A stretch of 48,237 bases of DNA. Origin: an uncultured Candidatus Saccharibacteria bacterium. Its GTDB lineage: Bacteria; Patescibacteriota; Saccharimonadia; Saccharimonadales; CAZPPF01. The notes under the pieces were generated by a model. The model did not search any database. It saw only the letters and a list, made by a program, of their open reading frames with translations, and had not been told where the DNA came from. This document shows positions 28,587 through 37,841 of the stretch, in pieces (the stretch's first letter is position 1; each line of letters opens with the position of its first letter). A program made the position numbers and the translations under genes. The stretch covers positions 1 to 48,237 of the forward strand of contig CAZPPF010000004.1 of NCBI GenBank assembly GCA_964588395.1, read 5' to 3'.

Positions 28587-29295
28587 TACTGAGACGTTTA
28601 TATATAGTAAAGCTGCTACTGACCAGCTGAAACAACAAAAAGAGTGCGGCGTTAGTGATACACGTCTGTTTGGTGTCGCTTCCATTGGTAAAAAGTGCGT
28701 TTTGAATTGATGATGTTGATACAAACAAAAATACTAGACCTGCGGCTATGGAGTTAATTTTGGCCTTGAAGACCTTTTGAGTAAAACCTTGGCGAATAAA
28801 AAAGTAACTGATGGGAAACGCGATAACCGCGTACAACATGCTCTTCATGTAGAGTACTGGAGCCTGGTCAATGTAGAGCACCAGTCGGGCACCGGTATCA
28901 ACCACTACATGGGATGGTAGTAAGCGAGTTTCTAGAAGTAAGATAGTTATTGACCAGAGGAGCGTGGGAAGAGCTATGACCCACCAGCTGGATTTGTTTT
29001 TAAAACCAATAAACCAAAGCAGGCGACTCTGTGCCAATATGCCAAGCTGGGCGAATAGATCAGCTAAGTAGTATGTTTTGAGAAGTGTGTTTGGGTCTTG
29101 GGTAAATAAGTTTGGTACGCCAAAAAAGAAAAACGACGTACCCATAAGCAGAGCGATACTGCAATACATTCCGGCCAAAGGGTTTCTCGTGACGCGGTAG
29201 ATACGAAAACATTTAAATGCAAACAGCCAGACGACTATCCAGCCGATTGTCCAAGAAATACCGTTATAAGGAATAGGATTAACAAGCGTGAGCAT
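28549..29295 (-). CDS. hypothetical 7-TM membrane protein (stand-alone sensor-like)
   Basis: 248 aa with about 7 hydrophobic segments; TGC-TAAAGT 7 nt before the ATG; 3' end overlaps the convergent kinase. Confidence 0.7.
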   Translation of the reverse strand: MLTLVNPIPYNGISWTIGWIVVWLFAFKCFRIYRVTRNPLAGMYCSIALLMGTSFFFFGVPNLFTQDPNTLLKTYYLADLFAQLGILAQSRLLWFIGFKNKSSWWVIALPTLLWSITILLLETRLLPSHVVVDTGARLVLYIDQAPVLYMKSMLYAVIAFPISYFFIRQGFTQKVFKAKINSIAAGLVFLFVSTSSIQNALFTNGSDTKQTCITNAALFLLFQLVSSSFTIYKRLSTKRFQTSSGSRP

Positions 29296-29353
29296 TTACC
29301 TAACTTTAGCACAGAGTTGCATTCATAAATTGTTTATGCTAACTTATATCACA

Positions 29354-29440
29354 ATGCATAAACAAAAGAGTTCCGATGCTTAAAAAGCAAGGAACTCTTT
29401 TTTCAAAAGAACAGCCCTTCGGGGCTGTTTTTTTATGCAT
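29354..29440 (+). promoter_or_regulatory. structured leader with terminator-like hairpins upstream of the AsnRS-like gene
   Basis: ATGCATAAA/TTTATGCAT enclosing AAAAGAGTTCC/GGAACTCTTTT and AACAGCCC-TTCG-GGGCTGTT, each hairpin followed by a T run. Confidence 0.55.
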
Positions 29441-29470
29441 TAAATTCAACAAACCTAAAGGAGGTACTAC

Positions 29471-30328
29471 ATGATAAACAACTATAGGGGAATAGACGAC
29501 ATACGTGCGTTCAGCGAAGTAGTGAACAAACTTCGCAACTTTTGCCTGAATAAAGGTTTTTGCGAGGTAAGTACGCAAGATCGGCTGAGCATTTTAGCCG
29601 CCTGCGAAGATCCAGAGACGGTTGCTACCTACAGCTACATGGGCGAAGTATGGCCATTGCCACAAACCGGCCAAATGTGGCTGGAATATGAGTTACTTAC
29701 TCAGCCAGAGCTGCCGGGTGTGTTTTGTGTAAGCACAAGTTACCGTAATGAACCAAAACCAGTTGCAGGTCGACACAAACTCATCTTTCCAATGTTCGAG
29801 TTTGAACTAAAGGGTGGTGTAGACGAGCTTCAAGAATTTGAGACCGAGCTTCTGAAGTATCTAGGCTTTGGAAAAGAACCAGAATTTGTTTACAAAACAT
29901 ACGACGAGCTTAAAGACTTTTATAAAACCACAGAGCTCACGCACAAACACGAAAATAAGATGCTTAAAGATTTTGGAAAGGTGGTTTTCTGCCAAGACTT
30001 TCCAATCTATACCTCTCCATTTTGGAACATGAAAAAACATGGTAGCGAGCATGCCAACAAAATAGATGTGATTATCGGTGGCCAAGAAACAATTGGCAGT
30101 GCCGAGCGGAGTAGCAATGTCAAAGAAATGGCGAGCCAATTTTACTCAATATCAGACGGTAAATATGCCAAGAAGTTGTTCGAACTGTTTGGAAAAGAAC
30201 GGGTCGAACACGAACTACATGAGTTTTTAGGGCTTAACTTTTTCCCACGCTCCGGAGGCGGGATTGGGTTAACGCGGCTGATCGATGCAATAAAGAAGGG
30301 AGATGCCATGAACAACATTAACAACTAA
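29471..30328 (+). CDS. class IIb aaRS catalytic-domain-only paralog; probable asparagine synthetase (AsnRS-like, AS-AR type)
   Basis: 285 aa with no anticodon-binding OB fold; motif 2 SYRNE...RH..IFPMFEFE, ETIGSAER, motif 3 RSGGGIGLTRL; SD GGAGGT. Confidence 0.75.
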   Translation: MINNYRGIDDIRAFSEVVNKLRNFCLNKGFCEVSTQDRLSILAACEDPETVATYSYMGEVWPLPQTGQMWLEYELLTQPELPGVFCVSTSYRNEPKPVAGRHKLIFPMFEFELKGGVDELQEFETELLKYLGFGKEPEFVYKTYDELKDFYKTTELTHKHENKMLKDFGKVVFCQDFPIYTSPFWNMKKHGSEHANKIDVIIGGQETIGSAERSSNVKEMASQFYSISDGKYAKKLFELFGKERVEHELHEFLGLNFFPRSGGGIGLTRLIDAIKKGDAMNNINN

Positions 30329-30338
30329 TCTTAGGAGC

Positions 30339-30366
30339 AAAAAACTCCCCATCCAGGGAGTTTTTT
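30339..30366 (+). terminator. intrinsic terminator (bidirectional-looking)
   Basis: AAAAAACTCCC-CATCCA-GGGAGTTTTTT. Confidence 0.75.
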
Positions 30367-30424
30367 GTTTGCTAGTTAGTTGCCAAAACAGGGGTAATCT
30401 GCTAAAGTTTTGTAGTCTTTAACC

Positions 30425-30501
30425 GGGCCCATAGCTCAGCTGGTTAGAGCAGCGGCCTCTTAAGCCGCGTGTCCAGGGTTCGAGTCCCTGTGGGCCCTCC
30501 A
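30425..30501 (+). tRNA. tRNA-Lys (CTT)
   Basis: GGGCCCA...GCGGC-CTCTTAA-GCCGC...GGTTCGAGTCC...TGGGCCC-T-CCA. Confidence 0.96.
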
Positions 30502-30611
30502 ATAAACAATTGCACTTTCAGGAGTGCTTTTTATTTTGCTTATGGATGCATTTACCTCAGACGAGGCGTATAATTTTAGCGCTAATAGGCTGGTTAGATG
30601 GCGAAGACCTT

Positions 30612-31577
30612 ATGATAGAGCGTATAGACACCCTTGCTGAGAAATTAAGATTTATTTTTGTGGGCGTATTTGCAATAGCCTTCGGAATTTTACTGCTCGG
30701 AGTCTTGTTGACAGGGTTTCAGGCTGCCAATGCCGCTTCGGTAGAGCAAAGTTCTTTTCTAGAGAGTCCAAACGTTATTGCAGGTGGAATGGCTACAGCG
30801 GGACAAAGGCTAGGAACGGCTATGAGCTCAGCTGGCGAGACGGCTAGCAAAAGTTTGCATACAACAACCTCAATCGCAACAACTGGTGGCCATACCATAA
30901 GCCATGGTGCACTGGTAGGGGTTGGATTTATTGCTCGGGGTACCGGCAATATACTCTCTTTTATGGCCGGTACAATAGTTAATACCGTTTCTTTCATCAT
31001 CCGAATTCCTAGCAATGTTTTTAATTCCATTTCAAATACCCGTGTAGTGAGCTCTGTCATAAAGCCAGCCGACCATAATCCTGTGCCTATTATTGATCCC
31101 AATTCGTCAGCCTTAGCTGCAGCCAAACAAGCACTTCCCGCCACGACTAATGCAGTTGCTACCTCGACCAACGCGCCAGCTAATCCGGCTGTACGCTGGC
31201 CTTTACATGGCATTATTACCACTGAATTCGGGGTTCCAGAACTGCCTTATCAAGCTATTCATACAGGTCTGGACATTACCGACCAGCGACCCTCTGGCGT
31301 GACCCCCATTTATGCTTTCAGACAAGGTCGTGTGATCGCTACAGAACACAGGGGTGGTTTGGGCAATCATGTAGTTGTTGACCATGGCAATGGAGTAACC
31401 TCTGTCTACGGTCATTTAGCCTCTATAACCGTTAGTGTTGGGCAAGAGGTTGATACAAATTCTGCACTTGGACTGGAGGGTACCACAGGTGTCTCAACAG
31501 GAGTGCATCTACATTTTGAAATCAGAGTAAATGGTCAAGCCGCAAATCCGCACCAGTTCATTACTGGCAATCCGTGA
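30612..31577 (+). CDS. M23 family peptidoglycan endopeptidase with N-terminal membrane segment
   Basis: HTGLD, YGHL, GVSTGVHLHFEIR zinc motifs; start reassigned to MIERIDT at 30612. Confidence 0.9.
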   Translation: MIERIDTLAEKLRFIFVGVFAIAFGILLLGVLLTGFQAANAASVEQSSFLESPNVIAGGMATAGQRLGTAMSSAGETASKSLHTTTSIATTGGHTISHGALVGVGFIARGTGNILSFMAGTIVNTVSFIIRIPSNVFNSISNTRVVSSVIKPADHNPVPIIDPNSSALAAAKQALPATTNAVATSTNAPANPAVRWPLHGIITTEFGVPELPYQAIHTGLDITDQRPSGVTPIYAFRQGRVIATEHRGGLGNHVVVDHGNGVTSVYGHLASITVSVGQEVDTNSALGLEGTTGVSTGVHLHFEIRVNGQAANPHQFITGNP

Positions 31578-31592
31578 CCATCTAGCTAAATT

Positions 31593-33284
31593 TCATCGAG
31601 TTTTTCGGCTAAAAACGACTGCTTCGTGAGGCTGTAATTGTAACTTGTCGGCCTTGATTGATTGTAACTTTGACTTAGGGCTGGAAGAAAGCATGAAAGT
31701 ACCGAAATCTGTGTCTGAATTAAAGCTTAGCGTTTGAGGTTTTGCTGAAAAGTTTATGAGAATAATAGACTCTTCGTTATCAAGGGTTCGCGTGTAGCCC
31801 AGCACTGCTTCGTTTCCAGTATCAAAGGTTTTAAATGTGCCATAGCGTAAAGCTACCGACTGGTTACGTAATTTGCCAAGGCCTCTGTATAGCGAAAGAT
31901 ATGAATCAGGATCTTGCAATTCAGCCTCGACATTGTGTGTTCGATAATTATCTGTAACCGGTAACCAGGTTGTATGGGCTGTTGAAAAGCCGGCATTTTG
32001 GCCGCCTGTCCACTGCATAGGAGTTCTTTCTGGGTCACGACCAGTGCCTCCTTTGGCGCCGGGATCTTGAACCATTGAGGTAGGAATATCACCGTTTTTC
32101 ATTCCAATTTCATCGCCATTGTACATAAATGACATACCGGGAAGTGTTAGCAATAACACCGCGGCGCTTCTGGCGGCCGGTTCGCCAAGCCGTGTAACGA
32201 GTCGATGCTGATCATGGTTTCCGAAAGCATAGATTGGAACGCACTGCAGACTAAATTCGTCGAGAGCTGTGTGGAACTTTTGCAAGAATTCACGCCACGG
32301 ATGTGCATGCCACGGCAGACTCAATCCTTCAAAGTTAAATGGTGCCGCTACTTCTGGGTCCATACCTTGATAGTAGCTTAAATACTCTGTAACTGTGTCG
32401 TCGGTCTGTGGGTAACCTTCGGTTACCATAAAGCGTCCGGAATTCCGGTACTTGTCTTCTTTTAAAACCGTAGCCATCTCGGACAAGTATGCGTGCACGG
32501 CTGGCCACGCCATGCTGTTTTTGTGTAGGAATGCATTATATGGATTACCTTTACCGGGTCTATAATGTGGGTTTTTGGGATCATCGCGAAACTTTGGGTC
32601 TTTGGCCATGAATGGCACCGCATCAACACGAAAACCATCAACGCCTCTATCGAGCCAGAAACGCATGACATCCTTAATAGCTTCCCGGACTTTAGGATTC
32701 GACCAGTTAAGGTCTGGCTGTCTCTCGTGAAAGCTATGTAGATAAAACTGTTGACGAGACGGCTCCCACTTCCAGGAACTATCGCCGCTAAAGACATTTA
32801 CCCAGTTATTTGGTGGAAGGGGATTTCCCTTCTCGTCACTACCTTTTGGATCATGCCACACGTACCAGTTAGCGTATGGGCCATCGCTCGACTGACGTGA
32901 TTGGCGAAACCACTCATGTTCGTCGGAACTATGGTTTGGCACCAGGTCAACAATGATCCGAATGTCTTTTTGGTGCGCCTTGGAAATCAGCTCTTCCATG
33001 TCAGCCAGCGTTCCGAAAATAGGGTCAACATCGCAATAATCAGCTACATCATAACCAAAGTCTGCCATGGGCGACGGGTAAAATGGCGACAGCCAGATTG
33101 CATTGACACCAAGGTCTTTGAGATAATCAAGTTTTTCAAAAATACCGGGAATATCACCAACCCCATCACCGTTGGAATCACAAAAACTACGGGGGTATAT
33201 TTGATACACAATGGCACCCTCGGGCCAACGATGGGATAGCTTTTTCATATTTCTAAGCATACCAGGATTAGGCTTTAGGGCCAT
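31593..33284 (-). CDS. GH13 alpha-glucosidase / oligo-1,6-glucosidase
   Basis: YQIYPRSF.DSNGDGVGD, DFGYDVADY, DLVPNH, QPDLNW, GFRVDA, NHD, RDPERTPMQW. Confidence 0.92.
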   Translation of the reverse strand: MALKPNPGMLRNMKKLSHRWPEGAIVYQIYPRSFCDSNGDGVGDIPGIFEKLDYLKDLGVNAIWLSPFYPSPMADFGYDVADYCDVDPIFGTLADMEELISKAHQKDIRIIVDLVPNHSSDEHEWFRQSRQSSDGPYANWYVWHDPKGSDEKGNPLPPNNWVNVFSGDSSWKWEPSRQQFYLHSFHERQPDLNWSNPKVREAIKDVMRFWLDRGVDGFRVDAVPFMAKDPKFRDDPKNPHYRPGKGNPYNAFLHKNSMAWPAVHAYLSEMATVLKEDKYRNSGRFMVTEGYPQTDDTVTEYLSYYQGMDPEVAAPFNFEGLSLPWHAHPWREFLQKFHTALDEFSLQCVPIYAFGNHDQHRLVTRLGEPAARSAAVLLLTLPGMSFMYNGDEIGMKNGDIPTSMVQDPGAKGGTGRDPERTPMQWTGGQNAGFSTAHTTWLPVTDNYRTHNVEAELQDPDSYLSLYRGLGKLRNQSVALRYGTFKTFDTGNEAVLGYTRTLDNEESIILINFSAKPQTLSFNSDTDFGTFMLSSSPKSKLQSIKADKLQLQPHEAVVFSRKTR

Positions 33285-33301
33285 ACGCTTTGGTGTGCTT
33301 T

Positions 33302-35071
33302 CTAAGAATCTTGTGAAAGGATAAGTGTGGAGTAAGGGGGCAGGACTAGCGTGCTGCGGTTATTGTTGACGGTAACACCAGAAACTGTAACGTTTTTAAA
33401 GTCTGGGCTATAGCCGTTCCATGCGCTATTGAAGCGGACTTGCCAGTCGCCGTTATTCGGAAAGGGCATCTCGTATGTATCATGTAGTTTGTTGGCAAAA
33501 TTTATCACTACTACAACGTCATCTTTCGGGCCACCAGATTGCCACCTGTGATAGGCAAGAACCTTGTTTTCGTCATCTCGGTGTATGATGTTAAAAGATT
33601 GCCCGGACAGACCGGCTGTATTTCCATGCAGATTCTTACGAAGAGCAACTAAGTGTTTATGCGCTTGAACCATACCTTCGAATCGAGATGCTTTTTCCCA
33701 ATCAAGTGCATCCCAGTCACTAAAACTGCCGCCTTGCATAAATTCTTGCCCTTGCAGGAGCATAGGAATTCCAGGTGCAGTAAGAATGATTGATGACGCA
33801 ATTAACGAGCGCTTACGGGCATACACACTACTTGAATTGCCCGGTGATATTTCCTCGCTTAAGCGTGCATTCCCGTTTGCTGCGCTGTCATGTGAATCGC
33901 TATAGATCACCTTATGGTAAGCGCTGTCATTAAAGTACTTATTTAAGTCTGTGCACAAATCATCAAAATTACGATCAGAATCATTGGTTGCGTCCAGGAC
34001 ATTACGTAAGCTTCGAGGATAACTTATTGACCACTGTGCATCAAAACCGGCTCCACCATCAGCTTGCGGCTTAGTGATGTACTCATTGAAGCCAACATCT
34101 TCAGCAACTACGATTGACTGAGGATTAATTTTTTTAGCCAGTTCGTTTATTTTCTGTAAAAGTGTCCAACCCTCGGCAATATCTGTGCTGGGATCATCAT
34201 TATGCCCCTCAGCATTTCGGATAAATATGGTTGAGTCTACCCTTAAACCATCTAGATGAAAGTCGGTGAGCCACATACGTACATTGTCCAAAATATATTG
34301 CCGCACTTCTATCCGACCATAGTCTGGGCGGGTATGCCCCCATGGTGTTTTGGCGCGCCAATCATTGTAAAAATATATGCCGCCCTTTTCGTCCTGATTC
34401 CAACCGTCAAATTGCCAGATATCTAGATCACCAGGCCCCAGGTGGTTATAAACTACATCGAGTATTACTCCAATACCACGCTCGTGAGCTGCTTTGATAA
34501 ATTCCATAAATTGGTGCCGGCCGCCGAAAAGCGTTTCAACTGCATATAAATATTGCGGCGTATAACCCCAGAATTCACGACTCATAGACATGCTTGCAAC
34601 CGGCATGATTTCAATAGTTGTTACACCCAGGTCTTTGAGGTAATCAAGCTTCTGCCCAGCAGTTTCAAATGTTCCTGGCGATGAGTCATCAGGGCGATTG
34701 AAGGTGCCTATATGCATCTCGTAAATTACCTGTAAGTTAGGTGCAGGAGTCGTATATTCTGTCTCACCCCAATCAAATTCAGGATCGACAACTACAGAAT
34801 TTCCTGCCAATGTCGTGATCAGCATGGCTCTAGGATCATTTTTAACTAGAGTTCTATCACCATTGGTAATAACGTACTTATATTCTTGGCCGGGCTGGGC
34901 TTCTTCAATATCTTCAAACCAGTAACCATCGCCTTCGGATGTCATTGGTGTGACAGACCAGTTATTAAAATCTCCGGTGAGCGAAACGCTACTTGCAAAT
35001 GGCGCCCATACTCGAAAGGATACGCCAGATTGGCGTGCAATAGCTCCCACATCTTTTTTCGTCTTGCTCAT
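33302..35071 (-). CDS. GH13 enzyme with N-terminal CBM48 (GlgB/TreZ-like)
   Basis: FRVWAPFA, YEMHIGTF, WGY, DVVYNHLG, GLRVDS, AED, SHD, PMLLQGQEF. Confidence 0.88.
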   Translation of the reverse strand: MSKTKKDVGAIARQSGVSFRVWAPFASSVSLTGDFNNWSVTPMTSEGDGYWFEDIEEAQPGQEYKYVITNGDRTLVKNDPRAMLITTLAGNSVVVDPEFDWGETEYTTPAPNLQVIYEMHIGTFNRPDDSSPGTFETAGQKLDYLKDLGVTTIEIMPVASMSMSREFWGYTPQYLYAVETLFGGRHQFMEFIKAAHERGIGVILDVVYNHLGPGDLDIWQFDGWNQDEKGGIYFYNDWRAKTPWGHTRPDYGRIEVRQYILDNVRMWLTDFHLDGLRVDSTIFIRNAEGHNDDPSTDIAEGWTLLQKINELAKKINPQSIVVAEDVGFNEYITKPQADGGAGFDAQWSISYPRSLRNVLDATNDSDRNFDDLCTDLNKYFNDSAYHKVIYSDSHDSAANGNARLSEEISPGNSSSVYARKRSLIASSIILTAPGIPMLLQGQEFMQGGSFSDWDALDWEKASRFEGMVQAHKHLVALRKNLHGNTAGLSGQSFNIIHRDDENKVLAYHRWQSGGPKDDVVVVINFANKLHDTYEMPFPNNGDWQVRFNSAWNGYSPDFKNVTVSGVTVNNNRSTLVLPPYSTLILSQDS

Positions 35072-35139
35072 TAATGCATTATTATGCTTACGCTTGACAC
35101 GAAGTGCAACTCTGGGAGTCCCTAAAAGTTCTGAAATTT

Positions 35140-35166
35140 AAAAGACCAGGCATATACCTGGTCTTT
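35140..35166 (-). terminator. hairpin terminator downstream of the small protein
   Basis: Minus strand AAAGACCCAGG-TATATG-CCTGGTCTTTT. Confidence 0.6.
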
Positions 35167-35186
35167 ATACTTTACGGAACGATTAA

Positions 35187-35300
35187 TTACATGCTCTTCT
35201 TCATGTCTTTGGTCTTTTGCTCAACCCGACCCTTCGTTTCGTAAGCTTTGTTCTCCATATCGTTCATTTTGTGCTTCATTTTTCGCTTCATGTCGCCCAT
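35187..35300 (-). CDS. 37-aa hydrophilic small protein (CsbD/LEA-like), not in the ORF track
   Basis: SD AAAGGAG, then MGDMKRKMKHKMNDMENKAYETKGRVEQKTKDMKKSM*, followed by a terminator. Confidence 0.75.
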   Translation of the reverse strand: MGDMKRKMKHKMNDMENKAYETKGRVEQKTKDMKKSM

Positions 35301-35389
35301 GTCTGGCTCCTTTCACATTAGTTTGCAGGATTATAATGCGCGTTTTTACCGCAAACGTGCAGTTAAATTTATCGCAGGACCTAAGGATA

Positions 35390-35869
35390 TTACTTCTTTT
35401 TCCAGACTTGGAAGGTGAATGTTATACCATTTTCGGTTTGTGGTTTGGTCTCACTAACCAGCTCAAATTTGTCACGGAAGTCAGGAAAAAACTTTGTGCA
35501 CTGAAAATCTTTGTCTAGCTGCGTAATATACAGTTCTTCTGCGAGATCCAGTGTACTTTCAAATAACATAGCTCCACCTAGATTCCAAACATCGTCTTTA
35601 GCATTCTTGAGAAATTCGTAGGCTTCTTCAACTGGTTCGAAACCATCACGCAATTTCTCATCTATACCTTGAATAGCTACGTAATTGGTACCGCTGGGAT
35701 AAGGTTTTGGTAATTCTTTATAGAGCCCGTAACCCATAAGTAATGTACCGCCTGAAAGTATTTTGTTGTGATAGTATTTAACGTCTGTTGGTAATTGACC
35801 TTGCCATGGTAAACCATGTTCGTTGGCAATACCCCGCTTGCTATCAATAGCTGCAATAAAACGAATCAT
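35390..35869 (-). CDS. folA: dihydrofolate reductase
   Basis: IAAID..RGI....GLPW...PTD, LLMG, LGGAMLF, LYITQL...TKFFP. Confidence 0.9.
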   Translation of the reverse strand: MIRFIAAIDSKRGIANEHGLPWQGQLPTDVKYYHNKILSGGTLLMGYGLYKELPKPYPSGTNYVAIQGIDEKLRDGFEPVEEAYEFLKNAKDDVWNLGGAMLFESTLDLAEELYITQLDKDFQCTKFFPDFRDKFELVSETKPQTENGITFTFQVWKKK

Positions 35870-37119
35870 ACTTTAAAGATAAGTGGCCGGATGTAATTTA
35901 GCAAGAAAAACGAGCCCGTAACGAGAATTGATTTATCTCCCGATGCAATGAGCTCTTGAAACGCTTGCCTTGGACCAGGAATAATTTGAACATCTTTGAG
36001 ACCAAGGACTTGAGCAATACGAATTATTTCTGAAGGCTCAATAGAGCCGCGTGGCATATCTTGTTCAGCCTTAAATGAGGTAGCGGTAACGGTACGCACA
36101 ACTGGTAATAATATTTTTAGCGTTGCTTCTAAGTCCTTGCCACTGAGCATACCAATCAAAACATCAAATGTTTGATCTGGAAACTTGGCCTGTAAGCTTC
36201 GCACCAATGCGGTCATCTTCTGAGGGTTGTGTGCTCCATCCATAATGACCTTCCTTCCCTGGTAGTCTACAATTTCCATGCGGGCCGGCACGTAGGTTTT
36301 GTAGCTTTCTTCTACTTGAAGATCAGTTAAAGGGCTCAAGTTATCCCGCTCAATGACATAATCAGCCACATTTTTGGCCAGGAACCAATTACGTTGCTGG
36401 AACAGTGGTAATTTACTGGGTAATTGCTCATCTTCTAGTGACAACACGCACAGTTGGGCATGCCGATCTTGGCAATGTTTTTCTATAGTCTCCATGACTA
36501 TCTCGTCCTGCTTAATGCAATAAACAACGTTGTGTTCATGAATAATACCGGCTTTTTGGCCCGCAATCTCTGGAATGGTTTTGCCCAAAATATCTGTATG
36601 GTCCAGTCCGATGTCTGTAATTACACAAACTTTATCGGCTGCAGTTAAAACATTCGTGGCATCGTGAAGGCCGCCCAGACCAACTTCAACGACCGCATAG
36701 TCTACTTTTTCGCGGTCAAACACCCAGAAAGCAAAAGCAATCAAGAGCTCAAAATATGTTGGCTGTCTTGAGTCAATTAGGCCTAAGAATTCTTCGAGAT
36801 ATGTACAGAACAGTTCGTCATCAAGCGGCTTACCATTTATCTGGATACGCTCAGTGACACTATCGACATGTGGCGAAACTGTCAGCCCAACTTTCTTGCC
36901 AGTCTGATTCAGGAAATTTGCTATGAAGTAAGCAGTTGAGGTTTTACCACTTGTTCCTGCGACATGTACTACTTTTAGTCTTTTATGAGGGTTACCTATC
37001 AGCTCAAGTAACGGCCACATTCGCTCGACAGTGATATTTTTCCCAGTAATTTCTTTGACCAACGGAACATAGGCCGCCAAAATTTGATTCGCTTGGTCAA
37101 TAGAAGTAATTGCCGGCAT
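35866..37119 (-). CDS. folC: folylpolyglutamate synthase / dihydrofolate synthase
   Basis: HVAGTSGKTST, SPH...ERI, EVGLGGLHDATN, DHTDILG, KAGII, DGAHNP, TGSF. Confidence 0.94.
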   Translation of the reverse strand: MPAITSIDQANQILAAYVPLVKEITGKNITVERMWPLLELIGNPHKRLKVVHVAGTSGKTSTAYFIANFLNQTGKKVGLTVSPHVDSVTERIQINGKPLDDELFCTYLEEFLGLIDSRQPTYFELLIAFAFWVFDREKVDYAVVEVGLGGLHDATNVLTAADKVCVITDIGLDHTDILGKTIPEIAGQKAGIIHEHNVVYCIKQDEIVMETIEKHCQDRHAQLCVLSLEDEQLPSKLPLFQQRNWFLAKNVADYVIERDNLSPLTDLQVEESYKTYVPARMEIVDYQGRKVIMDGAHNPQKMTALVRSLQAKFPDQTFDVLIGMLSGKDLEATLKILLPVVRTVTATSFKAEQDMPRGSIEPSEIIRIAQVLGLKDVQIIPGPRQAFQELIASGDKSILVTGSFFLLNYIRPLIFKV

Positions 37120-37125
37120 ATGTAA

Positions 37126-37202
37126 TGGTACCCGCGGACGGATTCGAACCGCCGACCCTCTGTTCCGAAGACAGATGCTCTAATCCACTGAGCTACGCGG
37201 GC
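37126..37202 (-). tRNA. tRNA-Arg (TCG)
   Basis: GCCCGCG...TCTGT-CTTCGGA-ACAGA...GGTTCGAATCC...CGCGGGT-ACCA. Confidence 0.96.
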
Positions 37203-37219
37203 TTAACTAGGTGATTATA

Positions 37220-37780
37220 TCAGTTCTTATCTGTTTTTTCTTTTCGAGCCTTTGGAGAGGGCAAGTGTTTTTGGGCTGGTTTTTTTTCTGCCTGCGCCAA
37301 TGTTTGCTGCAATACCTGTAAAACACTTTGGGCATGTTCCTTGCTCATACCCACACGGCCGACTGCGAGTGGCTGATTGTTAGGCCCCCCGTTTTGCATA
37401 AAGTTCATAACGACACCGTAGTCATTGACCATCACATGAACCATATCCGTGTAGACAATACGAATGTCTGTGGGCATCGAAAGCGCCATCTGTTTGACTT
37501 GTTCCGTGTGTTCACCCTGGTCATTCATCTTGTCATAGGCAGCCATTTCCCAAAGGCTTGTTGCCTCTTCGTCTTGAACATTCAAGTGACTGATTAGGAG
37601 GAGTAAGATTTCCTCGGTTGGTCGTTGTTCACCTTGCTCAATCTTGTCCAAAGCTTCTACGTCAATTTCAACAGCACCGGAAACTTCGGCTAACGTTTCT
37701 TTACTGCTTTGACGAGCCAATTTGATGCGATTTCCCAAGGATTTGAAAGGTTTCGGCGAGGGTGCTGAATGATTTCCCAT
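37220..37780 (-). CDS. XRE-family HTH protein with C-terminal DUF3467-like domain
   Basis: LGNRIKLARQ...TLAEVS...IEQGEQRP HTH; C-terminal IVYTDMVHV...VVMNF...GRVGMSKEHA. Confidence 0.75.
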   Translation of the reverse strand: MGNHSAPSPKPFKSLGNRIKLARQSSKETLAEVSGAVEIDVEALDKIEQGEQRPTEEILLLLISHLNVQDEEATSLWEMAAYDKMNDQGEHTEQVKQMALSMPTDIRIVYTDMVHVMVNDYGVVMNFMQNGGPNNQPLAVGRVGMSKEHAQSVLQVLQQTLAQAEKKPAQKHLPSPKARKEKTDKN

Positions 37781-37841
37781 GTACTGGTATGTTACCGCTG
37801 GGTTGCGAGGTTTGCAAGCAATACGGGTATAATAAAGGGCA

